From: Torpedo marmorata
Taxonomy: Eukaryota
Assembly (NCBI GenBank): GCA_977017645.1
Contig: OZ360226.1
Coordinates: 55,552,001 to 55,616,000, forward strand
Reading direction: 5' to 3'
DNA length: 64,000 nucleotides
The notes below the pieces were generated by a model. The model was not told the origin of the DNA, did no database searches, and saw nothing but the letters and a program-made list of their open reading frames with translations. Position 1 is the first letter of the stretch, and the number at the start of each line of letters is the position of its first letter. The position numbers were made by a program, and so were the translations under genes. This document shows positions 63,981 through 64,000 of the stretch, piece by piece.

Positions 63981-64000
63981 TGATGCAGCAATTTCATTTT

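Larger units (their letters stand above)
60234..64000 (-). mobile_element. Non-autonomous BEL/Pao LTR retrotransposon copy 2 (runs off the window)
   Basis: LTR at 60234-60862 is related to the copy 1 LTRs. Gag FDGDPLQYQSF, CFSCLCKGHISKNC and protease YAFLDPGSTASF. Integrase C-terminal remnant GLVRQV..RPINKVCLLLE at ~61070-61225. Confidence 0.92.

Overview
This is a eukaryotic, vertebrate window, most likely from a cartilaginous fish judging by the repeat repertoire (inference). It consists almost entirely of nested transposable elements, and I found no intact host gene. It contains two full-length decayed L1 LINEs with 15-bp TSDs plus four L1 fragments, about ten Rex1/Babar LINE fragments, CR1/RTE/L2 remnants, Penelope elements, tRNA-derived V-SINEs, a 5S-derived SINE, a Tc1 and a Tigger-like transposon, and solo LTRs. 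Two gene-capture systems stand out. (1) A non-autonomous BEL/Pao LTR family, present as two diverged copies (29278-37679 and 60234->64000, minus strand), keeps Gag and protease but has RT/RNaseH/integrase core replaced by rearranged, intronless MIPOL1-like coiled-coil segments, in frame in copy 2. (2) A hAT-type non-autonomous DNA transposon (48590-50363, perfect 8-bp TSD) carries about 1.6 kb of GC-rich, intronless MROH1-like coding sequence. The protein family assignments come from remembered sequences and need database confirmation. Boundaries without TSDs are approximate.
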